Shown here: piece after piece, positions 19,872 to 29,303 of the stretch
Position numbering within the stretch: the first letter of the stretch is position 1
Layout of the letters: each line of letters begins with the position of its first letter
From: Candidatus Nanohalarchaeota archaeon
GTDB taxonomy: Archaea; Nanohalarchaeota; Nanosalinia; Nanosalinales; Nanosalinaceae
DNA: 64,000 nucleotides
Assembly: GCA_022729235.1 (NCBI GenBank)
Contig: JALDAJ010000001.1
Coordinates: 963,596 to 1,027,595, forward strand
Direction of reading: 5' to 3'
Program-made: the position numbers and the translations under genes
The notes under the pieces: model-generated
What the model was told of the DNA's origin: nothing
The model's input: only the letters and a program-made list of their open reading frames with translations
Database searches by the model: none

Positions 19872-20624
19872 ATCAGAGAGTTTTCAGAGCAGGCTTCCCA
19901 CTCGGGGGAGCTTCCGCAGGACATTATAGAAAATCTTCCGGTAGAGGATCTGCTGGAACTGGACGTGGAGAGAAACGTGGACACGGAGCTGGTCGATGAC
20001 CACTACTTCCCTGACTACGTAGATTTCTTGAACTCCGCGACACCGGGTTACACGGTTCACAACGGTTCGGAAGTAGTGATGGCGGAGATCATCAATATAG
20101 CTGAGGACTATGTTGATATGATGCCTGGTCTTCTAGTTGATGTCAAGAATATGGGTGATGAAGACATCACGGCTCCCGGCGGAAGAGAGCCTTACCTGGT
20201 CAACGTTAACGTTAGAGAATATAACTACGGCGATCTTGACTACATCGGCTGGTCGTTCTTCGACAGCCTGAACAGTATACTGTTCGACTGGGATACTCTC
20301 TGGGGTATAAGAGGGAAATCCGGCACCACCATCGAGAACAGGTTCGAGCGCGGGGTTGATGGAACGCTTGACGATGACGCGCAGAGAGAGTATATATCAC
20401 ACGTCGACCGGATAATCGAGGAGGCGAAGAACCAGTTCTACCCTGCAAGAGCTGATGTTATACGGGAGGATATGATGCCTAGCGACGACCCAGAGAGCTA
20501 CCAGCACACCTACCCGCCGGAAGTCGTTGACCTGGTCTTTGAAAACGCCGATCTACAGTTCAAGTTCGAGCGGGCGGCTCACAGTATCGCGGACAGGTTC
20601 GGTGAGTACCTGGACAGGCTATAG
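19872..20624 (+). CDS. Hypothetical protein (start ATC 19872 or GTG 19965)
   Basis: Acidic ORF. The frame stays open back to a GGGGGTGA SD 6 nt before ATC. Confidence 0.65.
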   Translation: MREFSEQASHSGELPQDIIENLPVEDLLELDVERNVDTELVDDHYFPDYVDFLNSATPGYTVHNGSEVVMAEIINIAEDYVDMMPGLLVDVKNMGDEDITAPGGREPYLVNVNVREYNYGDLDYIGWSFFDSLNSILFDWDTLWGIRGKSGTTIENRFERGVDGTLDDDAQREYISHVDRIIEEAKNQFYPARADVIREDMMPSDDPESYQHTYPPEVVDLVFENADLQFKFERAAHSIADRFGEYLDRL

Positions 20625-20630
20625 ACACGG

Positions 20631-20978
20631 TCAAGCCACCAGTGCGTGCCTGTATTCGTCAGGCTCGTACTCTTCAGGTTCGTATAGAGGTCCCTGCCAC
20701 GGATCATCAAGTTTTTCTCCAGGTGCCGGGTCGATTTCGAAGATGTTCCTCGGCTCCAGTTCGAGGTCTCCCTCTTTAGGTGGGCGGCGGAAGCCGGGCG
20801 CCACGTCCTCTATTAGTTCTTCGATTCCTCTCTCCGTGCGCTCGTCCAGCAGAGAAAAGACCTGTTCCTCCTCTTCCTCCAGGAGATCTGTGTCCTCCTG
20901 CTCTAGCATCTCTTCTATCGCATCCTGGTGTTCCTTGCTTATCCTATCTTCGAGCCCTCGAAAGTTCATTCCCAGCAT
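20631..20978 (-). CDS. Hypothetical acidic protein
   Basis: 115-aa Glu-rich ORF. Confidence 0.65.
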   Translation of the reverse strand: MLGMNFRGLEDRISKEHQDAIEEMLEQEDTDLLEEEEEQVFSLLDERTERGIEELIEDVAPGFRRPPKEGDLELEPRNIFEIDPAPGEKLDDPWQGPLYEPEEYEPDEYRHALVA

Positions 20979-21132
20979 GTAGGGTCCTAGTGGCGTGAGG
21001 GTTCAAATGTTGGTATCTGATGTAGTGTACATAAGCAGGAAAAATTACAGATTTTTCGATTATAAGTAAGTCACTGCCTGAGAAGACATATATACAACAG
21101 ATTAATATTAGTAAAAAGTAACAACGTCTTTG

Positions 21133-21921
21133 ATGGCTGTCTCCAGCGAACATGGTGAAACTGATACACGCATCCTGAGTTTTGATGCCGGTGTCTACGT
21201 TGAACAGGATTCTCCTGGTACACTCGATACCCTCTTGAACAGAGCTAGGTTCTACGCCGAACGCTTCAACAGTATACAGGCTATAATGGAGAGAGCGGAG
21301 ACTGAGTACAGGGTCATCGCGTCCAACGAGGAGTGGAGCGAGGTCTACGGGCGTAACTCGGGAGAGTACGAGGAGGATAACCGGCAGGCGGAGAGGTCAC
21401 TTGAAGAGTTCGAAAAACTGCTGGAGGACGAAATCGAACTTATCGAGCATTACGCTTCCTGGAGTGACGGTCCGAAGGATGCATTACACGAGGGCTTGAT
21501 TACCTACGCAGGGGTGCATGTCGCGACCGTGAATGAAAACCACTACCTTGACTACGAGGACGAGATAGACTTCCGGAACGTATCCGAGCTCCGCGCGTTC
21601 TCCGAGGGGAGCCTGATGAGAAATCCTTCTGATTATCCTCTCCAGGGAATGGTGGAGAGCTTTGATGAGGAGAAAGGGACTATCCACATGGTAATGGATA
21701 CAGACAACCTCTACGGTTTGCTGGAGAGGTTCCTTGACGGCGACAGCCTCTTCGAGATGCTGGATGACACTACCATTGCAGAGGAGGAAAAGGATAAAGT
21801 GAGGATAGAACACGAGGCTTATGAGAGCGAGTTACCGGCGATATACGTGCGTAACCGTTTAAACGTGGACAGCGAGTTCGGCACCAATCACTGGGACAAC
21901 GACCCGCGTTACATACACTAG
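21133..21921 (+). CDS. Hypothetical protein
   Basis: Acidic ~262-aa ORF. Confidence 0.7.
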   Translation: MAVSSEHGETDTRILSFDAGVYVEQDSPGTLDTLLNRARFYAERFNSIQAIMERAETEYRVIASNEEWSEVYGRNSGEYEEDNRQAERSLEEFEKLLEDEIELIEHYASWSDGPKDALHEGLITYAGVHVATVNENHYLDYEDEIDFRNVSELRAFSEGSLMRNPSDYPLQGMVESFDEEKGTIHMVMDTDNLYGLLERFLDGDSLFEMLDDTTIAEEEKDKVRIEHEAYESELPAIYVRNRLNVDSEFGTNHWDNDPRYIH

Positions 21922-21984
21922 TTACCGGAACTCCCAGACTTCTGCGGGGAAGTTTGATAAATAGAGTAGAGAAATCCGCGGTTT

Positions 21985-22656
21985 ATGAGCTACAAGTTAT
22001 CGCCGTCGCGGATCAACCTGTTCTTCGAGTGCAAAAGGTGTTTCTGGCTGAGGGTTAACGAGAAAGTGAAGAGACCGAGCGGTCCGTTCCCGTCACTACC
22101 CAGCGGGATGGACCGGGAGATAAAGGAGCACTTCGACCGTTTCCGCAGTAATGGCGGGACGCCCCCGGAACTTGAAGAGGCGGATATCGATGCAGAGCCC
22201 CTGGAAGATAAAGAGTTCCTGGAGAAGGCGCGGTCGTGGAGGTCGGAGCCGAAATGGAAGGATCCGGAGACCGGCGCCGTACTGAGAGGCGGGGTCGACG
22301 ACCTGTTGAGAAGTGAGTCTGGCGATATCATAGTGATGGACTACAAGACCCGGGGCTACCCGCCGAAGCAGGATAACGGTGCGCCCGACTACTACAGGAG
22401 ACAGGTCAACCTGTACAACTTGATACTCCGGGAGAACGGTTACGGTACCGAGGACTTCGGGCTTATACTTTACTACTATCCCGACCGCGTGTTAGAAAAC
22501 GGCGACTTCGTGTTCCACCGCGAATTAAGACGGGTAGAAGTGGACATTGAGAGGTCGAAAGGACTGGTCAGGAATGCAGTAGGAGTCCTTGACGGTGACA
22601 TCCCGCCCCACAGTGGAGATTGCGATTTCTGTGGTTGGAACGCGGCAGGGCGCTAG
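21985..22656 (+). CDS. PD-(D/E)XK nuclease, RecB/Cas4-like (stand-alone)
   Basis: SPSRINLFFECKRC, GGVDD..., IVMDYKT, QVNLY and C-terminal CDFC. Confidence 0.85.
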   Translation: MSYKLSPSRINLFFECKRCFWLRVNEKVKRPSGPFPSLPSGMDREIKEHFDRFRSNGGTPPELEEADIDAEPLEDKEFLEKARSWRSEPKWKDPETGAVLRGGVDDLLRSESGDIIVMDYKTRGYPPKQDNGAPDYYRRQVNLYNLILRENGYGTEDFGLILYYYPDRVLENGDFVFHRELRRVEVDIERSKGLVRNAVGVLDGDIPPHSGDCDFCGWNAAGR

Positions 22657-22706
22657 AACAGACACGAGATTTTTATCTGTTTTCTAGTAACAACACATGT
22701 GGTATA

Positions 22707-24062
22707 GTGGATAGGTTTGTCATAGAACTCGATCAGGAGGAGAAAGAGGAACTCTTCGAACTTGCGAGCTTTCACTTTACACGGCAGAAAGACCTCCTGG
22801 AAGCGATAGATCTAGATAGGACGGTCCTTACTGAGCATCTTGAAGGCGACCTGGAAGCCATAGGCATTGACACTTTTGACAGATTACTGGGAATCGTCAA
22901 TCGCTCAGCGCCCCGGTTCCCGCTTGACAACTCTGAAACCTACGTGGAAGATACTCTGAAACATCAGGGAGAGAAGAGGGTTAAGCTAGATGATGAGTTC
23001 CAGAGGTTCCTGTTCGAGCCCTACACGATAGCGGAGCTCGAAGATATCACGGGAAAATCAGAGCAGACCCTGATAAAGTACCGGAACAACACCGCAAAGA
23101 CTGTCCCGCGCGAGAGCTATGAGGAACTACTAGAGGATACCATAGAACATTATAAAACAGTGATTAATCCCTCAGGAGATATCCATTTCAGGGGACCCCA
23201 TAACAACAGTTTCTGTGGAGAAGAGGATTCCTTTCTTGTGGATGGTGGACCGTTCGAAGTACAGACTATCAAACAGGTGAGAGAGTACCTGAGAGAGATA
23301 GAGGACGAATCACCTTACCACTTCGGGATTCTTAAGAGTAAGTACGAGCACTTTGAAAGTGCCATAGAGAGGTTGGAAGAAGGAAAATCATATATAAAAG
23401 CCAGAGATAAATCTGAGGGGAAATTCTTCAGAGCTCTATCAGAACTTGGTCTAACGGAGAGATGGGGAGGTAAAGAATCTCCTTGGATGATGATCACAGA
23501 ACCATATGTCTATGAAGTTGTGAAGAAGGAAGTTGAGGAGTTCATAGACGAGGAGGAAAACAGCTTTATCACCTACACAGTAGAAGAGCTACGTCAGACC
23601 GTCCAAGAGGCTTCAAAAGAAAGTGGCGATTCTCTGACCCGCGAAGGTTTTGACGAATGGGTCGATGAACAAGATGAAGATTATCCTAAGAGCCGCACAG
23701 TCAATGACAAACTCGGATGGCGCAATGCGCTCCAGGAAATAGGACAGAAACCTTCTATAAGAGAATATGACCGCGATATTATCATCGATCAGTTGCTAGA
23801 GAAGACACAAGAGCTAGGCTACGTCCCAACCATGACCGAGATCGATGAGGATTCCGAGATGTTCTCTAGAAGCACGATGAAAAGTCACGACTTCGACAGC
23901 TACGATGACCTCCTGGAAGAGGCCGGCCTCTACACCAGAAAGAAGGTTGAAGAAAAGGTAGAGCCGTATGAAGAAATCGTAGAGGAGAGTATTGAGGACG
24001 ATCCTTACTTTGTATCCCAGAGAGACAGCTCTCCACAGAAAGCCACTGTGTCATCTGAATAA
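22707..24062 (+). CDS. Protein with two C-terminal homing-endonuclease-associated repeats
   Basis: YTVEELRQ...LT...YPKSRT...GWRNALQEIG and YDRDIIIDQL...LGYVPT...SYDDLLEEAGL. Start at GTG 22707 inferred. Confidence 0.7.
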   Translation: MDRFVIELDQEEKEELFELASFHFTRQKDLLEAIDLDRTVLTEHLEGDLEAIGIDTFDRLLGIVNRSAPRFPLDNSETYVEDTLKHQGEKRVKLDDEFQRFLFEPYTIAELEDITGKSEQTLIKYRNNTAKTVPRESYEELLEDTIEHYKTVINPSGDIHFRGPHNNSFCGEEDSFLVDGGPFEVQTIKQVREYLREIEDESPYHFGILKSKYEHFESAIERLEEGKSYIKARDKSEGKFFRALSELGLTERWGGKESPWMMITEPYVYEVVKKEVEEFIDEEENSFITYTVEELRQTVQEASKESGDSLTREGFDEWVDEQDEDYPKSRTVNDKLGWRNALQEIGQKPSIREYDRDIIIDQLLEKTQELGYVPTMTEIDEDSEMFSRSTMKSHDFDSYDDLLEEAGLYTRKKVEEKVEPYEEIVEESIEDDPYFVSQRDSSPQKATVSSE

Positions 24063-24064
24063 CG

Positions 24065-24205
24065 CTAGTCCCTGGTTACAGGCGTGAAAACAGTATGGTT
24101 GCATTCCGGGCAGGAGCTTCTGTTGCCGCGGAACTCGTTGCCGCAGTTGTTGCACCTGTACTTCCTGCCCAGTATCTTCTCCTTGAGCCAGTCGGCTATG
24201 CCCAT
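24065..24205 (-). CDS. 46-aa zinc-ribbon microprotein
   Basis: MGIADWLKEKILGRKYRCNNCGNEFRGNRSSCPECNHTVFTPVTRD* (CxxC...CPxC). Confidence 0.7.
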   Translation of the reverse strand: MGIADWLKEKILGRKYRCNNCGNEFRGNRSSCPECNHTVFTPVTRD

Positions 24206-24229
24206 GTAACTGGTTTGGATTTCCCAGAT

Positions 24230-24871
24230 TTAAGTCATGGAGGCATCAGATACAAACCGGTCCTGCACCTGCAGTTCTTCCTGGCTTCTCAGTATACCGT
24301 AGTAGCTGTCCACTGAGTCCAGGAACCTGACCCGCTCCAGGAATACCGATTTGTCAACGAGCGGTTCAAGTTTATCCTGTGCGTAGCTGGAGATAACCGG
24401 TGTTGCGAGCGTTACTTCTTCCGGCGCTGCCTTTATGACCTGTCCGATGCACGCCGACATTTTGAGTCCTGAAGATACGCCGTCGTCTACTACGACGACT
24501 TTTTTACCTTTCAGGCGTGGACGACCAGTCTTACCACGGTATTTTTCCAGCCTCTCCCTGACTCTTCCAAGTTCTTTATCTATCTCCTGAGAAAGGTATT
24601 CCTCAGTCACCATAAGCTCGTCTATGAGCTGGTCCTTGAGCCAGATAGTTCTGTCGTTCGAGACCGCCCCCATCGGTATCTCAGGTTCTCCCGGCGCGGA
24701 TACTTTACCTGCGAGCACCATGTCGATAGGCACGTTCAGCCTTCTTGAAACATAGTCTCCTACCGGTATACCTCTCTTCGAGACCACGATGACCACGTCA
24801 GGTTTGATATTTTCGCTCTCTATTTTTTGTGCAAGTTTTTCCCCTGCCCCCATTCTGTCTTTGAACATCAT
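24230..24871 (-). CDS. Predicted phosphoribosyltransferase (COG1926-like)
   Basis: FKDRMGAGEKLA N-terminus and VVVVDDGVSSG PRPP loop. Confidence 0.85.
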   Translation of the reverse strand: MMFKDRMGAGEKLAQKIESENIKPDVVIVVSKRGIPVGDYVSRRLNVPIDMVLAGKVSAPGEPEIPMGAVSNDRTIWLKDQLIDELMVTEEYLSQEIDKELGRVRERLEKYRGKTGRPRLKGKKVVVVDDGVSSGLKMSACIGQVIKAAPEEVTLATPVISSYAQDKLEPLVDKSVFLERVRFLDSVDSYYGILRSQEELQVQDRFVSDASMT

Positions 24872-25057
24872 CGGTATCCATTTCTAATCTCTCTGAAGTT
24901 TAAATGGGGTATTACAAGCCTAAACATGTTATAAAATGAATACAACAGTCTGGAGAAGCAAATATTCAAAAGACGATATATGTACATGATTTAACCCTTT
25001 TTGAACCTGTTAGAAAATAAAATAAAGTATTAAAATACGTGTAATAGACTTTGACCG

Positions 25058-25162
25058 CTAGAACCTGGCGACAGCTATAGGATCGATCCGGACTGCCCGT
25101 CTTTCAGCCTCAAGCATACTCGCCTGCAGTTCGATCTCAAAATCCTTGAAGTTAGGACTCAT
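25058..25162 (-). CDS. Putative 34-aa peptide
   Basis: MSPNFKDFEIELQASMLEAERRAVRIDPIAVARF* with GAGGTG SD 6 nt upstream. Confidence 0.4.
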   Translation of the reverse strand: MSPNFKDFEIELQASMLEAERRAVRIDPIAVARF

Positions 25163-25295
25163 TTGTTACACCTCATTGATCTCTCAGTTTTTCCGGAGTT
25201 TTCAGACATCATCCGCTATTCTTAGTTTAATTGGAAGCGTATAATAGGATTATTTCCCAAGAAAATATATTATAAACCACTACAATAAATTTAGA

Positions 25296-25327
25296 GTGTT
25301 CCTAGGGAGTAAAAACCCCCTAGACAC
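25296..25327. terminator. Hairpin after the wHTH gene
   Basis: GTGT..CTAGGG-N-CCCTAG-ACAC inverted repeat immediately past the stop at 25329. Confidence 0.4.
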
Positions 25328-25328
25328 A

Positions 25329-25610
25329 CTAATAATCTATTTCTCTCCCTTCGAAACAGTTCAAAAGCTCTATAAAGTTGTCCGCGTATTTTTCTCCCTT
25401 CGGAGTCAGGCTTAGAAGCTTTTTCCTCCCTGCTTTCTCGGTTTCGATGAGGCTTGCGTCCTCCATCTCCGATAATATTTTCACGGTATGGGCATAGGTA
25501 GTATCGATTTTCTTCGAAACCTTTGTCCCATATGTCTCTCCACGGTCCTGGCGTATGACCACGAGAGCCATAACAGGTTTCTCATTAAGGAAAAACGATT
25601 TTTCATTCAT
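25329..25610 (-). CDS. Winged-helix DNA-binding protein (MarR/ArsR-like)
   Basis: KVSKKIDTTYAHTVKILSEMEDASLI...GRKK...LTPKG. GGAGGTGA SD. Confidence 0.85.
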   Translation of the reverse strand: MNEKSFFLNEKPVMALVVIRQDRGETYGTKVSKKIDTTYAHTVKILSEMEDASLIETEKAGRKKLLSLTPKGEKYADNFIELLNCFEGREIDY

Positions 25611-25623
25611 GATTTTTCACCTC

Positions 25624-26274
25624 CTACGTGTTGTTGTTAGGATTTTTTCCATAGTTGTTGATGATTTCAGTTGCAGCAGTGTTCCCTTCCAGTTCCTGGT
25701 CGTTCTTCTTTCCTTCAAGACCTAGTCCCAGGCACACACAGGCCACCTTGTTGGCACCAGCCCTGTAGAGTTCCTGGACTGCGTGCATCATTGAGGTCCC
25801 TGATAGCGTGATGTTGTCAGCCACTATCACATTCTTGCCTTCCACATCACCAGTGATGTCTATCGAGTCCTCAAGATTCAACACCTTCTTTCTAACAGAG
25901 TTGATCTCATGGTTCTCCTCGATGTTCCTGTTCCTGAATATCACCTGGTCGTAGTCTATACTGCTGCCGTCAATCACTTCCTCGAACAGCTTCCTGAGAT
26001 TCGTATTGACTTCTCCCTCGGTGCTGGTCGGGTACAGCGTGAGGATGTCCCAGTTCTCACTGTCCTCCTCGAAGAGATGTTCGAAGAGATACTCCATCGA
26101 GCCTCTGAACTCTGCTCTTATATCCTCGTCGCCGTAGACGTAGAACCATATGAGTTTGCGGGAGAAATCATCTTCCCCCTTGGAGTCCCTGTCATAGTAG
26201 TCAATCCCGAACACGTGGGCCTCCCGGTCATAGTGCTCGGATTCTGTTGGGCGGTACAGTATACTATCAATCAT
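25624..26274 (-). CDS. ComF-like phosphoribosyltransferase-fold protein
   Basis: GKNVIVADNITLSGTSM...L..AGA..V.CVCLG. Confidence 0.75.
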   Translation of the reverse strand: MIDSILYRPTESEHYDREAHVFGIDYYDRDSKGEDDFSRKLIWFYVYGDEDIRAEFRGSMEYLFEHLFEEDSENWDILTLYPTSTEGEVNTNLRKLFEEVIDGSSIDYDQVIFRNRNIEENHEINSVRKKVLNLEDSIDITGDVEGKNVIVADNITLSGTSMMHAVQELYRAGANKVACVCLGLGLEGKKNDQELEGNTAATEIINNYGKNPNNNT

Positions 26275-26499
26275 GAATATCAACGCATTACTCTAATTCC
26301 CTACGCTGTACTTTTAACCATGTATATAGCAGACCACATATGTGATATTCATAGGTATCCTAGAGAAGGCGCTGCACCCTAGTTTTCTCATCGCCCTCCA
26401 GGGAGATTTTTTCTTTAAAGAAAAGCTTGATACGTCGCTTATAACCTGTCTAAAAGCGATAAAGGTATAGAACATTATGGCTCTCACCTACATCTTAAT

Positions 26500-27399
26500 C
26501 TAGATCGAATCGAGAGATATATCTGCAGCGAGTTCGTGACCGCCTCCGCCCCCAAATTCACCGTTATCATCTATTTCGTGATATCCACCGCATCCACCGC
26601 ATTTCGCATACACGTCTCCATCATCACCAACTATCGTGTCGGGCTCTCCCGCGCCAGCCATATCATCCTGGTAACCTCCTTCACCATCTATCTCGGGTGC
26701 ACGTAGCTCGACTGTTTCCTCGTCCATGTAGTCGTCTGCTGGCTCAAGTTCGCCACCGAACGTATCCGTGTCTGAAACAACTTCTCCCGATTCTTCGGCA
26801 TGCTCTGCATAAGACTCTTCCATCCCGCTTTGATCATATACATCCATATCCCCTGACTCGCCAGGTTCTAGTAAATCATCGTATCCCTCTCCGCCAAAGA
26901 CATCTACTGTTCCCACTCCTGTCTCCGCCGTAAGTTCTTCGTAAGCTCCTGCAAGATCATCACCGTACTCATCGACTAATTCCTCAGCCGCGTACGATCC
27001 GTCTTCAAGCCCTTCAAGAAGTGCGTATGCTCCTTCCTGAGTTATATTTAGAGAGTCATAGACCTCCTCATCGACTTCCCCCTCTGCTATAGACTCCAGT
27101 ATATCCTTCAGTTCTTCCTCGCTTTCAACGTCCCCTATCTCAATTTCTCCTAGCTCATCCGATGTATTGCTCTCGTCATCAGAATCCTCTTCATCCTCAC
27201 TTTCAAAACTAAACTGACCTTCTTTACCATCCTTTTTTATCCTCTCCAGCAGCTCTTCCAGCTCTTCCTTACTAAACTCCTCGTCATCCAAATCCTCGAG
27301 ATCCAGCTCTTCTAGCTCTTCTTCTATACCCATCAGTTCTTCCGAGGGCTCAAGAGACAAATCCTGGAAATTGTTAATAATTTGTGCGACCTCAGTCAT
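26500..27399 (-). CDS. Extremely acidic low-complexity protein with C-terminal CxxC/His motif
   Basis: Very D/E-rich; ends AKCGGCGGYH...GGGGGHE. Confidence 0.75.
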   Translation of the reverse strand: MTEVAQIINNFQDLSLEPSEELMGIEEELEELDLEDLDDEEFSKEELEELLERIKKDGKEGQFSFESEDEEDSDDESNTSDELGEIEIGDVESEEELKDILESIAEGEVDEEVYDSLNITQEGAYALLEGLEDGSYAAEELVDEYGDDLAGAYEELTAETGVGTVDVFGGEGYDDLLEPGESGDMDVYDQSGMEESYAEHAEESGEVVSDTDTFGGELEPADDYMDEETVELRAPEIDGEGGYQDDMAGAGEPDTIVGDDGDVYAKCGGCGGYHEIDDNGEFGGGGGHELAADISLDSI

Positions 27400-27484
27400 T
27401 ATTCGTTATTAAGAACCACATTATTTATTAATATAGCGGAGAGCCTGTTATTCTCCTTTATCCCGGTAAAATAGAAGGGAAATA

Positions 27485-28573
27485 TCAGCTGTAAGCCAGT
27501 TCCTTGCCTTCATGATCCGCCAGGAAACTCTGGTATTCCTGTTCGAGTTCTTCGTCAACATCGTACCTGAGCTCCTTTTCCTTCATACCTCCGTACGCCA
27601 GGAGCCCTACTCCAGCTCCTAACAACAGCCCTGCAGGACCTAACAAGCTGGCTCCCAATGTGTAGGTGAGCCCTCCTAGACCCATGATACCTGCCCCTGC
27701 CGCACCATGCTTTCTTCCGCCAGAAAGCAGCTCGCTCATATCTTCAAGATCGTATTCTTCCTCCAGGACTATTTCTTCTCCAGTGATTTCATCGATATCA
27801 TCCTTTATCTGCTCATACTGCTTTGCCCCTATATCCTCTATACTCAGATCAAGGTATCCTATCTCGCCACCCTGTCCCGCCTGATGTTCGTGATCATGGT
27901 CGTGATCATGGTCGTGATCATGGTCGTGAGAACAGCCCTCATGATCATGCGCATGGTCTCCGTGATCATGGTCGTGACTGCATTCGCCATGACCGTGTTC
28001 ATGATCATCGTGACCATCCTCCGCATGTTCGTCGGCAGGCAGTTCTTCATCCTCTTCTAAATACTCCTCTGCAGGTTCTATGTCCACCTCCAGGCTTGGA
28101 CTCTTGTATTTTGCCTCTCCATCACTATTTATCATGTGGAAGGAAAGCTCTGTTGACCCCGGCTCAACTCCCTTGAGTTCAAGCAGCTCCTCGTCTGGAA
28201 GCCACTCGGTTTCTATCATGTCCTCATCTCCTGAACTCAGATACCCTACTTCCTCGTAAGGTACCTCGGCATCATATTCCGAGGCGTATTCGCTCTCATC
28301 AAATCCTGGTACCGCCTGATCAAACCCCAATCTGATATCCCCATCGACCTCCAGAGGCTTATCCGCCACAGGTCCGCTGTGCCAGTGATCTCCAGAGACC
28401 CCGCCTAGCTCATCTCCTTCTTCATCTAAAATCCTGAATGATGCGACTCCGAATCCGTCCTCCTGTTCAAGAGAGTCTTCTCCTTCGAAAGAACTCGGGT
28501 CGTGGTCACATCCCCCGCCACGAGAACCAGACAACTCGAATTCATCCGGTGAAGGAGGTGCCGGAGCGCTCAT
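27485..28573 (-). CDS. Acidic protein with His/Asp-rich tract and Gly-rich hydrophobic hairpin
   Basis: HAEDGHDDHEHGHGECSHDHDH...HDHDHDHDHDHDHEH, then GAAGAGIMGLGG...LGAGVGLLAYGG. Confidence 0.8.
   Translation of the reverse strand: MSAPAPPSPDEFELSGSRGGGCDHDPSSFEGEDSLEQEDGFGVASFRILDEEGDELGGVSGDHWHSGPVADKPLEVDGDIRLGFDQAVPGFDESEYASEYDAEVPYEEVGYLSSGDEDMIETEWLPDEELLELKGVEPGSTELSFHMINSDGEAKYKSPSLEVDIEPAEEYLEEDEELPADEHAEDGHDDHEHGHGECSHDHDHGDHAHDHEGCSHDHDHDHDHDHDHEHQAGQGGEIGYLDLSIEDIGAKQYEQIKDDIDEITGEEIVLEEEYDLEDMSELLSGGRKHGAAGAGIMGLGGLTYTLGASLLGPAGLLLGAGVGLLAYGGMKEKELRYDVDEELEQEYQSFLADHEGKELAYS
27888..27928. repeat. 12-bp tandem repeat (TCGTGATCATGG x ~3.4) encoding (HD)n
   Basis: Seen directly in the sequence. 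Confidence 0.85.
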
Positions 28574-28962
28574 CGACGACCACCGAATTCAGTATCGTGA
28601 ACAGTTTGAACATCATAATCTGTATCCCTCTTTACAGGAAGTTTTGCCTCATATCTTTCTCCTCGAGAGCCTACCGCTTCTATATGCACCCACGCATCAG
28701 GATTTTCAGACTGGCTCTGTAGACAGAAATAATCACGATTATCTCTAGTATCTGTATTTACCTCCACATCTCCAGATGCTTCAACACGATTTAGCTCTCC
28801 TCCCTCCTCCAGCATGTACCACGTCCAATTCTCCTCTTTACCTGCGTAGACAGCATCTTCTCCCGCGTGTCCTCCTCCGGAGTGCAAACATCCGCCGCCA
28901 CAGGGCTCCAGATCTCTCATCGGATCAGGATCTCCGTTCTCATCCAGGAACTTGAATACCAT
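28570..28962 (-). CDS. Hypothetical protein with CGGGCLH motif
   Basis: Stop overlaps the next ATG (ATGA), indicating translational coupling. Confidence 0.7.
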   Translation of the reverse strand: MVFKFLDENGDPDPMRDLEPCGGGCLHSGGGHAGEDAVYAGKEENWTWYMLEEGGELNRVEASGDVEVNTDTRDNRDYFCLQSQSENPDAWVHIEAVGSRGERYEAKLPVKRDTDYDVQTVHDTEFGGRR

Positions 28963-29165
28963 ATTGTTAATATGTATCAAAAAATTTAATAATACATGCT
29001 ACATCTAACCATCCGAATTATTAACCGTTCTTTAAAAAATCTGGCTTTCCGGAACACTAAGAAACAGGAAATGTCCGATTTCAAAAACCTCTGTTTACCT
29101 CATCAAGGCTTTTGATACACTCTAACACCGGTTAGTATTTCAGTAATGACGAAGCCTCAAACACG

Positions 29166-29291
29166 ATGAACCTGAAAGGACTACTCCTCATAGCCCTCGG
29201 GATAGTATTCCTCTTCATACCTCTGCCCCCTGTCGCCACCATAATCGGCATCTTGCTGATAATCGCAGGGATAATGGTGATGGCAAAATAA
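29166..29291 (+). CDS. 41-aa two-helix membrane microprotein
   Basis: MNLKGLLLIALGIVFLFIPLPPVATIIGILLIIAGIMVMAK*. Confidence 0.6.
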   Translation: MNLKGLLLIALGIVFLFIPLPPVATIIGILLIIAGIMVMAK

Positions 29292-29303
29292 CGCTCTCTA
29301 CGA

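Noticed and set aside
24872-25328. AT-rich intergenic region as replication origin
   Set aside because: No recognisable ORB repeats and no adjacent orc1/cdc6.
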